64,000 bases of DNA, taken from positions 2,144,001-2,208,000 of the forward strand of contig CBDBGH010000003.1 in the NCBI GenBank assembly GCA_965205265.1, given 5' to 3'. The stretch comes from Alphaproteobacteria bacterium (GTDB taxonomy: Bacteria > Pseudomonadota > Alphaproteobacteria > Bin95). This document shows positions 24,598 to 34,216 of the stretch, in pieces. The position numbers were made by a program, and so were the translations under genes. Position 1 is the first letter of the stretch. Each line of letters begins with the position of its first letter. The notes under the pieces were generated by a model. The model was not told the origin of the DNA. It did no database searches and worked only from the letters and a program-made list of their open reading frames with translations.

Positions 24598-25698
24598 TCA
24601 TGAAACCGGGGCCTCGGGATCGAGCCTTTCCAGCCTGGCCGGATCGTAGGGACGCAGATCGACCCCGCCCTGCGCGTCGCCGGCGATCAGCGCCGCCATC
24701 GCCTCGCCTGTCGACGGGGCGTTGAGCATGCCCCAGACGCTGTGGCCGGTCGCCACAAACGCGCCGGCTATCCCCGGAACGGGGCCGATCAGGGGCAGCC
24801 CATCTGCGGTGACCGGCCGGAAGCAGGCCTGCTCGGCGAGGACCCTGGAGGCCGCGAGGCCGGGGGAGACGCTTGCCGTCATCCGCCGCAGCCGCTCTGA
24901 GGCCCCGGCCTCCGGCAGGACGTCGGCCGGATCGACGGGCAGGGCATGTTCGCCGGACAGGCCGCAGACATAGGTGGTGCCGTCCAGCCGCGGATTGATC
25001 TCGGGCGCGGCCACCTCTCCGTCCCCGGTTTCCAGTTCGACGAACAGCGAGACCGGAGAGGGCTCGTAGTCGAAGACGAGGCTGTGCCCCTTGATGCCGT
25101 AAACAGCGGGCAGCGGCAGCCAGCGGCAGGCCAGCAGCGACCACGGGCCCATGGCGATGACGACGGCGTCGGCGGCGACTTCCGTCCCGTCCACGACCGC
25201 GCCCGCCGCGCGCGCGCCGCCGGCCGCGAGCGCGATGCCCTCGACGCATCCCTCGATCAGCCGCGCGCCGCGCTCGGCGGCGGCCGCCATCATCGCTTCG
25301 GTGAAGGCCGCCGGATCGATCTGCGCCGTCGTTTCGGGGCTCCCCAGCTTTCCATGCACCGCGCAGTCGCCGGCCAGCCAGTCGGGCGAAGGCAGGCGCC
25401 TGAAACGGCCGACATCCTGCCGGGCGCTCGCGACGACGCCGAGGGTCTCGACCCGGCGATAGCCCCAGTCGCGGCCGAGGCTCCCGGCCAGTTCCGCATG
25501 CAGGTCGAAGCCCCGGCGCGCCAGCGCCTCAAGCGGCGAGCCGTCGCACCAATCGCGCGCGAGGAACCCGCCCGACTTGCCGGAGGCGGCGTTGGCGACG
25601 CCCGCACGCTCGACAACGAGCGCCTCCATGCCGCGAAGGCTCAGGAAATAGGCAAGCGACGTCCCGATGACGCCGCCGCCGCAGATCAAGACTTTCAT
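24598..25698 (-). CDS. FAD-dependent oxidoreductase (DAO family)
   Basis: MKVLICGGGVIG, ASGKSGGFLA, ACFRPVTADGLPLIG, GHSVWGMLNAP. Confidence 0.88.
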   Translation of the reverse strand: MKVLICGGGVIGTSLAYFLSLRGMEALVVERAGVANAASGKSGGFLARDWCDGSPLEALARRGFDLHAELAGSLGRDWGYRRVETLGVVASARQDVGRFRRLPSPDWLAGDCAVHGKLGSPETTAQIDPAAFTEAMMAAAAERGARLIEGCVEGIALAAGGARAAGAVVDGTEVAADAVVIAMGPWSLLACRWLPLPAVYGIKGHSLVFDYEPSPVSLFVELETGDGEVAAPEINPRLDGTTYVCGLSGEHALPVDPADVLPEAGASERLRRMTASVSPGLAASRVLAEQACFRPVTADGLPLIGPVPGIAGAFVATGHSVWGMLNAPSTGEAMAALIAGDAQGGVDLRPYDPARLERLDPEAPVS

Positions 25699-25703
25699 GC
25701 CGC

Positions 25704-26615
25704 TCAGGCCAGTTCCGGCATGTTGGCGGCGCGGCTGGCTAGCGGGATTTCGGTCATGTCCGCGACATCCCTGGCGGCCCGGACCGCCTCGCCGGCGCCG
25801 ACGCCGCAATCGACGCCCATGGCGTTCAGGAAGCTCACGATATCCTCCGTCGGCAGGTTGCCGACCGAGCCGTAATCGCCGGGGAAGGCGATGCCGCCGC
25901 CGATGCCGCAGATCGACCCCTCGACCATGGTCACACCGGCATCGAGCGCCGCCATCACATTGGCTTGCGCCCAGCCGCGCTTCTCGTGGACATGGAAGCC
26001 GAACTCGCAGTCGGGGAAGCGGTCGTGCGCCATGCGGAACAGCGTGTTCACCTGGCGCGGCTCCTCCATGCCCGTGCTGCCGGCCAGATAGAAGCGGCGC
26101 ACGCCGAGGTTCCGCAGCCGGTCCACGCAATCCAGCGTGCGTTCGGGCTGGATGACGCCCTCATAGGGGCAGTAGAGCGACATGCCGAGCGCCATGATGA
26201 AGGCCCGGCCGGCCTCGTCCGCGACGCGGAAGCAGTCTCCGCCCGCCTGGATCGCCTCATCGACGGTCATGTTCTGGTTCTTGGCCATGTAGGTGCCGCT
26301 CACCGTCATGAGGCCGAGTATCTCGTCGATATCGGTCTCGACGGCGCGCAGCGCGCCGCGCTTGTTCGGCACCAGCGCGCGATAGACGGTGCCGTCCCGG
26401 CGTTTCACCCGCGAGACGACCTCCTCGGCGTCCGTCAGCATCGGCACATAGCGGGGGCTGGCGAAGCTGGTGATCTCGATGACGGGAAAACCCGCATCGG
26501 TCAGCCGGTCGATCATGGCGACCTTCACATCGGTCTCGATCCAGCGGCCGAGCGACTGCAGGCCGTCGCGCGGGCCCACCTCGACCACAGTCACCCGTTC
26601 CGGCAGCGCCAGCAT
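25704..26615 (-). CDS. Hydroxymethylglutaryl-CoA lyase family protein
   Basis: EVGPRDGLQ, FHVHE, GIGG, GNLPTED. Confidence 0.88.
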   Translation of the reverse strand: MLALPERVTVVEVGPRDGLQSLGRWIETDVKVAMIDRLTDAGFPVIEITSFASPRYVPMLTDAEEVVSRVKRRDGTVYRALVPNKRGALRAVETDIDEILGLMTVSGTYMAKNQNMTVDEAIQAGGDCFRVADEAGRAFIMALGMSLYCPYEGVIQPERTLDCVDRLRNLGVRRFYLAGSTGMEEPRQVNTLFRMAHDRFPDCEFGFHVHEKRGWAQANVMAALDAGVTMVEGSICGIGGGIAFPGDYGSVGNLPTEDIVSFLNAMGVDCGVGAGEAVRAARDVADMTEIPLASRAANMPELA

Positions 26616-26651
26616 GTCCTTCCTCCCCTGGTCCCTTTGCCGGCCGCCGGC

Positions 26652-27851
26652 TCAGTCGAGCGGCAGGCCGGCGGCGCGCAACTCCGCCTCGTCGAAGCCG
26701 AGCCGCTCCACCAGGACGGCCCGGTTGTCGGCGCCGAGCTTCGGCCCGGCATGGCGGATCCCGCCCGGCGTGCGCGAGAACTTGCCGACCACGTTCTGCA
26801 TCCGGATCGGCCCGCCGAGCTCCTCGTCCTCGACCGCGACGATGTTCTCCCGCGCCTTGTAGTGCGGGTCCTCAAAAATCTCCGCGATGCTGTTGCAGGG
26901 CGCGGCGGCCGCGTCGAACCGGTCGAAGAGCGCCAGCAGGTCGTCGCGGTCGAAGCGCAGCATCGCCGCCTGGAGCGCCTCGTCGAGCGCCGGCGCGTTC
27001 TGGATGCGGAGCCGGTTGTCGAGGAACCGCTCGTCATGGACAAGCTCCGGCACCTCCAGCGCCTCGCACATGCGCTCGAAGGTGGACTGCGCGCTGCCCG
27101 AGATCGAGACCCACTTGTCGTCCTTCGTGCGGTAGGTGTTGCGCGGCGCGGTGAAGGGCAGACGGCTGCCGTTGCGCTCCTGCACGATGCCGAGCTGGTC
27201 GAAATCCACCACCTGCGGCCCGAGCAGGGTGAAGAGCGGCTCGTAGATGGCGAAGTCCACGACCTGTCCCCTGCCCGACCGCCGCTTCTCCTGCAGCGCC
27301 ACCATGGCGAGGAACGCGCCCATCAGGCCCGAGCTCTCGTCGGCGAGGCCGAAGCCGGGCAGCAGCGGCGGCCGGTCGGCATAGCCGGTGATGTAGGCAT
27401 AGCCCGAATAGCCCTCGGCGAGCGTGCCGAAGCCCGGCCGGTGGCTGTTGGGGCCGGTCTGCCCGAAGCCGGTCAGGCGCACCATGATGAGGCCGGGATT
27501 GATCTCGCTCAGCACGTCGTAGCCGAGGCCCCAGCGCTCCAGCGTCCCCTTGCGGTAGTTCTCGACCACGATGTCGGCGTCCGCAACGAGGCGCTTGACG
27601 ATCTCGACGCCGAGCGGCGTGCGCAGGTCCGCGGTGACCGAGCGCTTGTTGCGGTTCACCAGCTTGAACATCAGGCCGACGCCGTCCTTGTCGTTGCCCC
27701 AGAAGCGCAGCTCGTCGCCGGTATCCGGGCGCTCGATCTTTACGACCTCGGCGCCGAAGTCCGCCAGGAACATCGTGGAAACGGGGCCGGCGAGGAAATT
27801 GGAGATATCGACGACCTTGACGCCGGCAAGCGGCGGAGCGGCTTCAGGCAT
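26652..27851 (-). CDS. Class III CoA-transferase (CaiB/BaiF)
   Basis: PLAGVKVVD, LADFGAEVVKIE, NRNKRSV, ENYRKGTLERWGLG. Confidence 0.93.
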   Translation of the reverse strand: MPEAAPPLAGVKVVDISNFLAGPVSTMFLADFGAEVVKIERPDTGDELRFWGNDKDGVGLMFKLVNRNKRSVTADLRTPLGVEIVKRLVADADIVVENYRKGTLERWGLGYDVLSEINPGLIMVRLTGFGQTGPNSHRPGFGTLAEGYSGYAYITGYADRPPLLPGFGLADESSGLMGAFLAMVALQEKRRSGRGQVVDFAIYEPLFTLLGPQVVDFDQLGIVQERNGSRLPFTAPRNTYRTKDDKWVSISGSAQSTFERMCEALEVPELVHDERFLDNRLRIQNAPALDEALQAAMLRFDRDDLLALFDRFDAAAAPCNSIAEIFEDPHYKARENIVAVEDEELGGPIRMQNVVGKFSRTPGGIRHAGPKLGADNRAVLVERLGFDEAELRAAGLPLD

Positions 27852-27968
27852 GGCTGGAACCCATTGCAGCGGGGACGCGCGGGGCGCCCCACGGACCCCG
27901 GAACCGTGCCCCGAAACGACGGGCCGCGCAACCGCTGCCGGACGGGGAGCAGGAGGCGCCGCGGCCGC

Positions 27969-28844
27969 CTATTCCGCCGCCTCCAGCTTGTCCTGGGTGC
28001 GGAGCTCGAAGTCGGAGGCGTCGTGGCGCTCGTGGAGCTGGTCCTCCAGAGGGCCCCTGATCCGGTTGACCTTCCGCCCCCGGATGACGGCGCCGCGGGC
28101 CGCGATCTCCTCGTACCAGCGCACGACATTGCGGTAGTCCTGCGCGGCGAGGAATTCCGCCGCGCCGTAAAGCGCATCCGTGGTCAGCACGCCGTACCAG
28201 GGCCAGATCGCCATGTCAGCGACGGTGTAGTCCCCGCCCGCCACATAGCGCGTCTCGGCGAGCCGCCTGTCGAGCACGTCGAGCTGGCGCTTCACCTCCA
28301 TGGTGTATCGGTCGATCGGGTATTGCTGCTTGCTCGGCGCATAGGCGTAGAAATGCCCGAAGCCGCCGCCGAGATAGGGCGCGGAACCCATCTGCCAGAA
28401 CAGCCAGGAGAGGCATTCCGCCCGCGCCGAGGGGTCTTCGGGAAGGAAGGCGCCGAATTTTTCGGCGAGGTAGAGCAGGATCGCGCCGGACTCGAACACG
28501 CGCGTCGGTTCGGGCGTGGAGTAATCGACCAGCGCCGGGATTTTCGAGTTCGGGTTGATCGCCACGAAGCCGGAGCCGAATTGGTCGCCGTCGCCGATCC
28601 TGATGAGCCAGGCGTCGTATTCCGCGCCGCTGTGGCCTGCCGCCAGCAGCTCCTCCAGCATCACCGTCACCTTCACGCCGTTGGGCGTGCCCAGCGAGTA
28701 GAGCTGGAAGGGGTGCCTGCCGCGCGGCAGCTCCTTCTCATGCGTGGCGCCGGCGACGGGGCGGTTGATCGAGGCGAAGCGGCCGCCGCTCTCCTGCTCC
28801 CAGGTCCAGACTTTCGGCGGTTCGTAGGCGGAGGCGTCGGTCAT
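27969..28844 (-). CDS. yghU: Glutathione-dependent disulfide oxidoreductase YghU (GST family)
   Basis: YEPPKVWTW, LYSLGTPNGVK, NPNSKIPAL, ERHDASDF. Confidence 0.92.
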   Translation of the reverse strand: MTDASAYEPPKVWTWEQESGGRFASINRPVAGATHEKELPRGRHPFQLYSLGTPNGVKVTVMLEELLAAGHSGAEYDAWLIRIGDGDQFGSGFVAINPNSKIPALVDYSTPEPTRVFESGAILLYLAEKFGAFLPEDPSARAECLSWLFWQMGSAPYLGGGFGHFYAYAPSKQQYPIDRYTMEVKRQLDVLDRRLAETRYVAGGDYTVADMAIWPWYGVLTTDALYGAAEFLAAQDYRNVVRWYEEIAARGAVIRGRKVNRIRGPLEDQLHERHDASDFELRTQDKLEAAE

Positions 28845-29049
28845 GTCGTCGTCCTTCAAGCGGGCATCGTGTGTGCGGGAAAACCGGAGGCGGAGGGTTT
28901 ACCACCCCCGGACGCGGATTGCATGCGCTCCCGTTTCCGGATCGCCGGGCTCCTCCTTTTCGTCGCCCCGGACGCCCGCAGAGCCTGCCCCGGACCCGAT
29001 CCGGGGGCGAGCCGGGGCCTTGTGCGGCCGGGGCAGGCTGTTGCGGCGT

Positions 29050-29085
29050 GTCATGGAACGTCATGTTAACTCATCTTTTGTCATG
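29050..29085. repeat. Four TCAT(G/C) units at exact 10-bp spacing
   Basis: TCATggaacg TCATgttaac TCATcttttg TCATgg at 29051, 29061, 29071, 29081. Confidence 0.6.
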
Positions 29086-29516
29086 GTAGTGATTGCGGAA
29101 GGCTTCCTGCCGGGAGGAGAGGGAGAGGGTCGGGTCGAGCACGGGCATGGGATGCGGTTCCTTCGTTCCGGTTCGCGTTCATCCGGCGCACCGGCCCGGC
29201 AGGGAGCGACCCTTATTCGCGCGTCATCCTGCGCGGGCGCCTGTGCGCGGGCGGGCGGGCGTTTCGCGGCGGCGCGGTTCGCGCGCCTGATTGCCCGCGC
29301 GCGAGGCAGGCGCAGGACGCACTTCGCCTGTCGGCTGAATCGGGGTCGTTCCGCACCGGGCCGGCACGGGCGGGAAGCGGTCCGCGCGGACTCCACTCCC
29401 TCGGACCCATCATAGCACAATTTCTGAGAATGCAAGCTCTATGGAGAAATATTACATAAATTTCATGAACAATTTATCATCACAGTGGCCTCGACTTCGA
29501 ACTCATGCCTTCTTCT

Positions 29517-29604
29517 CGTCATGCCCGGACTTGTTCCGGGCATCCATACGGCCGCCCGGCGGAGCCGCTTGAGAGAGATACCCGGAACAAGTCCGGGTAT
29601 GACG
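29517..29604. repeat. CGTC-type REP doublet (88-bp hairpin), copy B
   Basis: 28-bp inverted arms cgtcatgcccggacttgttccgggcatc around a 32-nt loop. Confidence 0.92.
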
Positions 29605-29696
29605 GGAACAGGGCCAGGGCACAGAGATGGCGGTCGGGGCGCGGGGCAATGGCGGGGCAGGCCTGCCGCCCGGATCGGACTGCATGCGCTCCCGCC

Positions 29697-30644
29697 TCAA
29701 TCGGCGTAGCCGCCCATTACTTCCTCGACGAAGCGTTCGACCGTCGCCATCGCCGTATCGACGGTCGGCTCGTGGATGCGGCCGGGGATGGTGTACCAGG
29801 GATTGAGCGTGATGTGCTCCAGCCCCATGTCCCGCGCCATGTCGAGCTTGCGGCATATGTCGTCGCGGCTGCCGGTGAAGGCGTAGCCGTCGCCGAGGAA
29901 ATCCGCCGTGTCGATGTCGAAGGCGAGCGTCGCATGGAGCGAGCGCGCGATGCCGGCGGGGTCGCGACCCGCCTCTTCGGCCATGCGGTCGAGCAGCTTC
30001 AGCCGGCGGCGGAGGTCATCGACGGTCCATTGCACGGAGCCCGGGCGCCGCGCCGAGGTGATCGGATGCCAGCCGTCCCCATAGCGCACGACCCGCTCAA
30101 GCGCGCGCTCGTTGTTGCCGCCGATCCAGATCGGCGGGCGCGGCTTCTGCACGGGCGGCGGGTCGAAGGCGAAATCCCCGAACTCGTAGAACTCGCCCCG
30201 GAAGTCGTTGGACCCCTCCGACCACAAACGGTCCAGGATGCGCAGCATCTCGTCCGCCCTTGCGCCCCGCCGGGCGAAGGGCACGCCGAGCGCCTCGTAT
30301 TCCTCCCCGATCCAGCCGAAAGCGACGCCGTAAATCGTGCGCCCGCCGGAAAGGTCGTCGATGCTCGCCATTTCCTTGGCGAGCGTCACGGGATGGCGGT
30401 AGGGCAGCACGATCACCGTCGTTCCGAGCTTTACCCGGTCGGTGATGCCGGCGAGGAAGCCGAGCGTGCTGAACAGCCCGTAAACCCTGTCCGAGAAGCG
30501 CTCGACGAAGGGGCGCGGAATGATGATGTGGTCGATCGCCCAGATCGAGGCGAAGCCCATGTCCTCCCCCGCCCGGGCCATGCGTTCCAGGCTCGCCCGG
30601 TTGGCGAAGGCGCCGTGCTGCGGCATCACCAGTCCGAATTCCAT
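29697..30644 (-). CDS. Luciferase-like (LLM class) flavin-dependent oxidoreductase
   Basis: MEFGLVMP, WAIDHII, VLPYRHP, PVQKPRPPIWIGGN, YGDGWHP; RBS gaggga. Confidence 0.9.
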   Translation of the reverse strand: MEFGLVMPQHGAFANRASLERMARAGEDMGFASIWAIDHIIIPRPFVERFSDRVYGLFSTLGFLAGITDRVKLGTTVIVLPYRHPVTLAKEMASIDDLSGGRTIYGVAFGWIGEEYEALGVPFARRGARADEMLRILDRLWSEGSNDFRGEFYEFGDFAFDPPPVQKPRPPIWIGGNNERALERVVRYGDGWHPITSARRPGSVQWTVDDLRRRLKLLDRMAEEAGRDPAGIARSLHATLAFDIDTADFLGDGYAFTGSRDDICRKLDMARDMGLEHITLNPWYTIPGRIHEPTVDTAMATVERFVEEVMGGYAD

Positions 30645-30664
30645 GTCGCTTCCTCCCTCGATTC

Positions 30665-32152
30665 TCAGGCCCGGCGCTGCCAGAGCGCCCGCAGCACAGG
30701 AAATGCGAGCGCCAGCAGCACCAGGACCAGTATGCCGAGCGCAATCGGCCGGCCGAGGAAATAGCCCGCAAGGTCCGAGCTTGCCAGCGTCGCCGCGCGC
30801 CGGAGGTTCACTTCCACGATGGGGCCGAGCACGAAGCCGATCACCAAGGGCGCCAGCGGAAAGCCCGCCTTGCGCATGGCGTAGCCGACGACCCCGAACA
30901 GCCACATGATCCAGAGGTCGAGCGTCTGGCGCTGCACCGCGAACGTGCCGAATATCGCCAGCAGCAGCACGCCGGCGAGCATGTAGTCCAGCGGCACCCG
31001 GAGCACGCGCACGAACAGCGGCAGCAGCGCCAGGCCGAGCGGCAGCAGCAGCATCGCGCCGATCAGGAAGGTCGCGAAAATGCCGTTCAGCACGTCAAGA
31101 TTGGTGAAGAACAGCATCGGGCCGGGCGTGACGCCGTGGATGAGCAGCCCGCCCATCATCACCGCCACGATGGGGTCGCCGGGGATGCCGAGCGCCAGCA
31201 TCGGGATGAGCGCGCCGCCGGTCGTCGCGGAGTTGGCGGCCTCGCTCGCGATCACGCCTTCGGGCGCGCCCTTGCCGAAGCGCTCCGGCTCCTTGGAGAA
31301 GTCCCGCGCCAGCTTGTAGGCGAGGAAGGCGGAGGTGACGCCGCCGACGGCCGGGATGATGCCGATGCCGACGCCGACCATGCTCGCCCGGAGATAGCCG
31401 AAGAAGCGCGAGACGAGCGTCCTGAACATGGAGAAGGCGACGCCGATGCGCTCGCTCGCCTGCCAGCCGCGCAAGGTCCGCTCGATCTGCATCAGCACTT
31501 CGGAGATCGCGAACAGCCCGACCAGCAGCGCAACGAATGTGAGGCCCCCGGAGAACTCCGTGCGGTCGAAATTGAAGCGCGCGATGCCGGTGAACGGATC
31601 GGTGCCGATGGTGGCGCACATCAGGCCGAACAGCCCCGACAGCAGGCCCTTCAGGGTGCTGCCCTGGCTGAGGCTGGCGATGGCGGTGAGGCCCAAGGCC
31701 GCGAGCGCGAAGGTCTCCGCCGGGCCGAAGCGCACCGCGATCTTGGCAAGCGCAGGGGCGGTGAAGAGCAGGACCGTGCCGCCGATCAGCCCGCCGACCC
31801 ACGATGCAAGCGTGGCCAAGGTCACGGCCTCCGAAGAGCGCCCGGCAAGCGCCATCGGATGCGCGTCGAGAAGGGTTGCGGCGGCGATGGGCGTGCCCGG
31901 TATGCCGAGCACGGTGGCTGTCACCGCGCCTCCGTATGACCCGCCCTGGTAGAAGCCGATGAGCAGCGCGATGGAGGACACCGGGTCCATGTGGAAGGTG
32001 AAGGGAATGGCGAGCGTGACGCCCAGCAGCGGCCCGAGGCCCGGCAGCACGCCCACGATGATGCCGAGCACGAGGCCGATCAGCAGCGCGCCCACCTGCG
32101 CCAGCCCGACAAGGCCGCCCAGCTCCGCCAGGAGCGCGCCGAACTCGGCCAT
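30665..32152 (-). CDS. tctA: Tripartite tricarboxylate transporter large permease TctA
   Basis: GVLPGLG, GIPGTP, EAANSA, IPMLALGIPGD. Confidence 0.92.
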   Translation of the reverse strand: MAEFGALLAELGGLVGLAQVGALLIGLVLGIIVGVLPGLGPLLGVTLAIPFTFHMDPVSSIALLIGFYQGGSYGGAVTATVLGIPGTPIAAATLLDAHPMALAGRSSEAVTLATLASWVGGLIGGTVLLFTAPALAKIAVRFGPAETFALAALGLTAIASLSQGSTLKGLLSGLFGLMCATIGTDPFTGIARFNFDRTEFSGGLTFVALLVGLFAISEVLMQIERTLRGWQASERIGVAFSMFRTLVSRFFGYLRASMVGVGIGIIPAVGGVTSAFLAYKLARDFSKEPERFGKGAPEGVIASEAANSATTGGALIPMLALGIPGDPIVAVMMGGLLIHGVTPGPMLFFTNLDVLNGIFATFLIGAMLLLPLGLALLPLFVRVLRVPLDYMLAGVLLLAIFGTFAVQRQTLDLWIMWLFGVVGYAMRKAGFPLAPLVIGFVLGPIVEVNLRRAATLASSDLAGYFLGRPIALGILVLVLLALAFPVLRALWQRRA

Positions 32153-32691
32153 CAGGGGCTGATTCCCCTGAGCAGCCCCTCCGGCAGCACGATGTTCACG
32201 CCATAGCGGAAGAAGACGAAAATGGCGGCCGTGAAGGCGACGGCCGCATGCAGGACCCCGCGTCCGCCGGTAATACGCAGCAGCACGCCGACGGCCAGCG
32301 GCGTTGCCAGCAGGAAACCCAGCGGTTCGAGCAGGAGCGTGTAGAGCAGGAGGACCGCGAAGGAGAGGGCGGCGCGGACCTTGCCGCCGCCCTGCCCCTC
32401 TGCGCCGGCGGCGGGCGGAGTCGCTGCCCGCGCCGCCCGCCATTTCCAGAGCGCGCGAGCGGCAAGCGCCAGGCCGAGCGCCATGGTGAGGCCCGCAAGC
32501 AGGCGCGGATAGCCGGCCGCGTCGATGCCGCCGCCGACCCGCTCCGACGCCGTGACGGAGAACGAGAAGGTCTCCCGGAAGAGCCAGGCGCCGAGGCCCA
32601 CGCTCGCAAGGCTGGCGGCGAGATCGGTCCGCCAGCCGGGCTCCCGTTCCGGTTCCGCGCCGGAATGCGTATCGGACTGCGGTTCAGCCAC
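32152..32691 (-). CDS. tctB: Tripartite tricarboxylate transporter small permease TctB
   Basis: Several TM segments, YPRLL, LGFLLAT, LPEGLL; start uncertain (32691-32748). Confidence 0.8.
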   Translation of the reverse strand: MAEPQSDTHSGAEPEREPGWRTDLAASLASVGLGAWLFRETFSFSVTASERVGGGIDAAGYPRLLAGLTMALGLALAARALWKWRAARAATPPAAGAEGQGGGKVRAALSFAVLLLYTLLLEPLGFLLATPLAVGVLLRITGGRGVLHAAVAFTAAIFVFFRYGVNIVLPEGLLRGISP

Positions 32692-32811
32692 CGGCTGCAG
32701 AGGCTCCCGGCGGAACCGGACCGGACCGCCCACCGTCGCCCCGGCCACGCCGCGCTCCCCGCTCCGTCATGCCGGAACGCCCCCCTTCGATTAGCTCAGG
32801 ACAGGCTCTTC

Positions 32812-32899
32812 CGTCATGCCCGGACTTGTTCCGGGCATCTCTGTCCACTACCTCCGCCAAGCGCCCGCATGGATGCCCGGAACAAGTCCGGGCATGACG
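32812..32899. repeat. CGTC-type REP doublet (88-bp hairpin), copy C, between tctC and tctB
   Basis: Same 28-bp arms; flanked by a second repeat-like motif ccttcgattagctcaggacagg (about 32784-32805). Confidence 0.92.
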
Positions 32900-32962
32900 A
32901 CGAAGAGGGCCGGGGTAACGGGGATAGCCCGGTTTGCAAGTCAACTCGGCCGGTCCCCCGCC

Positions 32963-33949
32963 CTACTCCTTCTTCTCTTTGAGCAGACGCTGGACGGCCG
33001 GCTCCAGAAGCTCCGCAGAACGGGTCCAGAGCGCCCGGAACTCGTCCGGTCCGCTATATTCTATCGGGATGAACTGCGCCGTCATCTTGTCGAGGAATGC
33101 CGGCGTCCGGACGTGCTTGCCGAGCACGGCCCGGAGCTTCTCCAGCGCCGCTTCCGGCGTTCCCGCGGGCGCCACGAGGCCGGCCCAGCCCTGCGAGGTC
33201 TTGCCCCAGCCGATATCCACGCCCTGCTCCTTCGCCGTCGGGAGATGGTCGGCGAAGGAGACCCGGTCGTCGGTCAGCACCGCCAGCGTCCTGATGGCGT
33301 CGCCGAAGATCTTCTCGGCGATCAGCACGCCCGTCGTCGCGTCCAGCGAGCCGTCGAGCAGCGCCTTCACATTGTCCGGCATGCAGCCGTTGAAGGGCAC
33401 GGGCTTGTAGTTTTCGACCCCCGAGGTGCGCAGGAACTCCTCCATCACCATGCGCGGCACCGAAAGCGCGGCGCAAATGCCGACATTCACCGGCCGGTCC
33501 TGGGCGTTCGCCCATGCGACGAAGCTCGCCACGTCGGTCGCCGGGTGGTCGGCGCGCACGGCGAGCGTGAAGGGCAGCGCGATCAGGCCGAAGAGCGGCG
33601 CGAAGTCGTCGTCGTTGTAGCCGATCTCCGGGTTGAAGAGCCGGGCCACGACATGCGGGGCCACCCAGTTGTTGAGCAGCGTGTAGCCGTCTGCCGCCGC
33701 GTTCTTCACCGCCAGCGTGCCGACCGAGCCGGACCCGCCGACGATGTTCTGCACCACGATGGGCTGGCCGAGATCGTCGCTCGCCAGCGAGGCCAGGGTA
33801 CGCATGGCGACGTCCGGGCTGGAGCCGGCCTGCCAGGGCACGACGATGGTGACCGGCTTTTCCGGGAACTCCGCCTGGGCGGGTCCGACGGCGAATGCGG
33901 CCAGAAATGCACAAGCGGCAATACCGAATCTCGCAATGGTCCTGTTCAT
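32963..33949 (-). CDS. tctC: Tripartite tricarboxylate transporter substrate-binding protein TctC (Bug family)
   Basis: Signal peptide, FPEKPVTIVVPW, ADGYTLL, PTAKEQG, APAGTP. Confidence 0.9.
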   Translation of the reverse strand: MNRTIARFGIAACAFLAAFAVGPAQAEFPEKPVTIVVPWQAGSSPDVAMRTLASLASDDLGQPIVVQNIVGGSGSVGTLAVKNAAADGYTLLNNWVAPHVVARLFNPEIGYNDDDFAPLFGLIALPFTLAVRADHPATDVASFVAWANAQDRPVNVGICAALSVPRMVMEEFLRTSGVENYKPVPFNGCMPDNVKALLDGSLDATTGVLIAEKIFGDAIRTLAVLTDDRVSFADHLPTAKEQGVDIGWGKTSQGWAGLVAPAGTPEAALEKLRAVLGKHVRTPAFLDKMTAQFIPIEYSGPDEFRALWTRSAELLEPAVQRLLKEKKE

Positions 33950-34216
33950 CACATCTCCTCCCCTTGCCCCGGAACGGCAGGCGCGGACGGAGAGCCCAAG
34001 CCGCGCTCCGTCCCGGCGTCTTCCGGGGATGCTTGCCGAAGGGCGCCAAAGGCGGCCCGATGCGATTAACCGCCGCATGGCGGGCGGGAGTCAAGGCCGG
34101 CCGGCTACGGCGTCTCCCGCTCCAGGCGGTACCACGCGCCGGGATTGCTCCGCGCGAAGACCCCGATCCTCGTTTCCGGGTTCACGACCGCCCCGGACGC
34201 ATGCGGAACCGGGACG

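Noticed and set aside
25965-29069. Very long alternative-frame ORFs (1034 aa here; also 38674-41979, 10955-13060, 43613-46027)
   Set aside because: Shadow ORFs of real genes in high-GC DNA; Arg/Pro/Ala-rich and without motifs.
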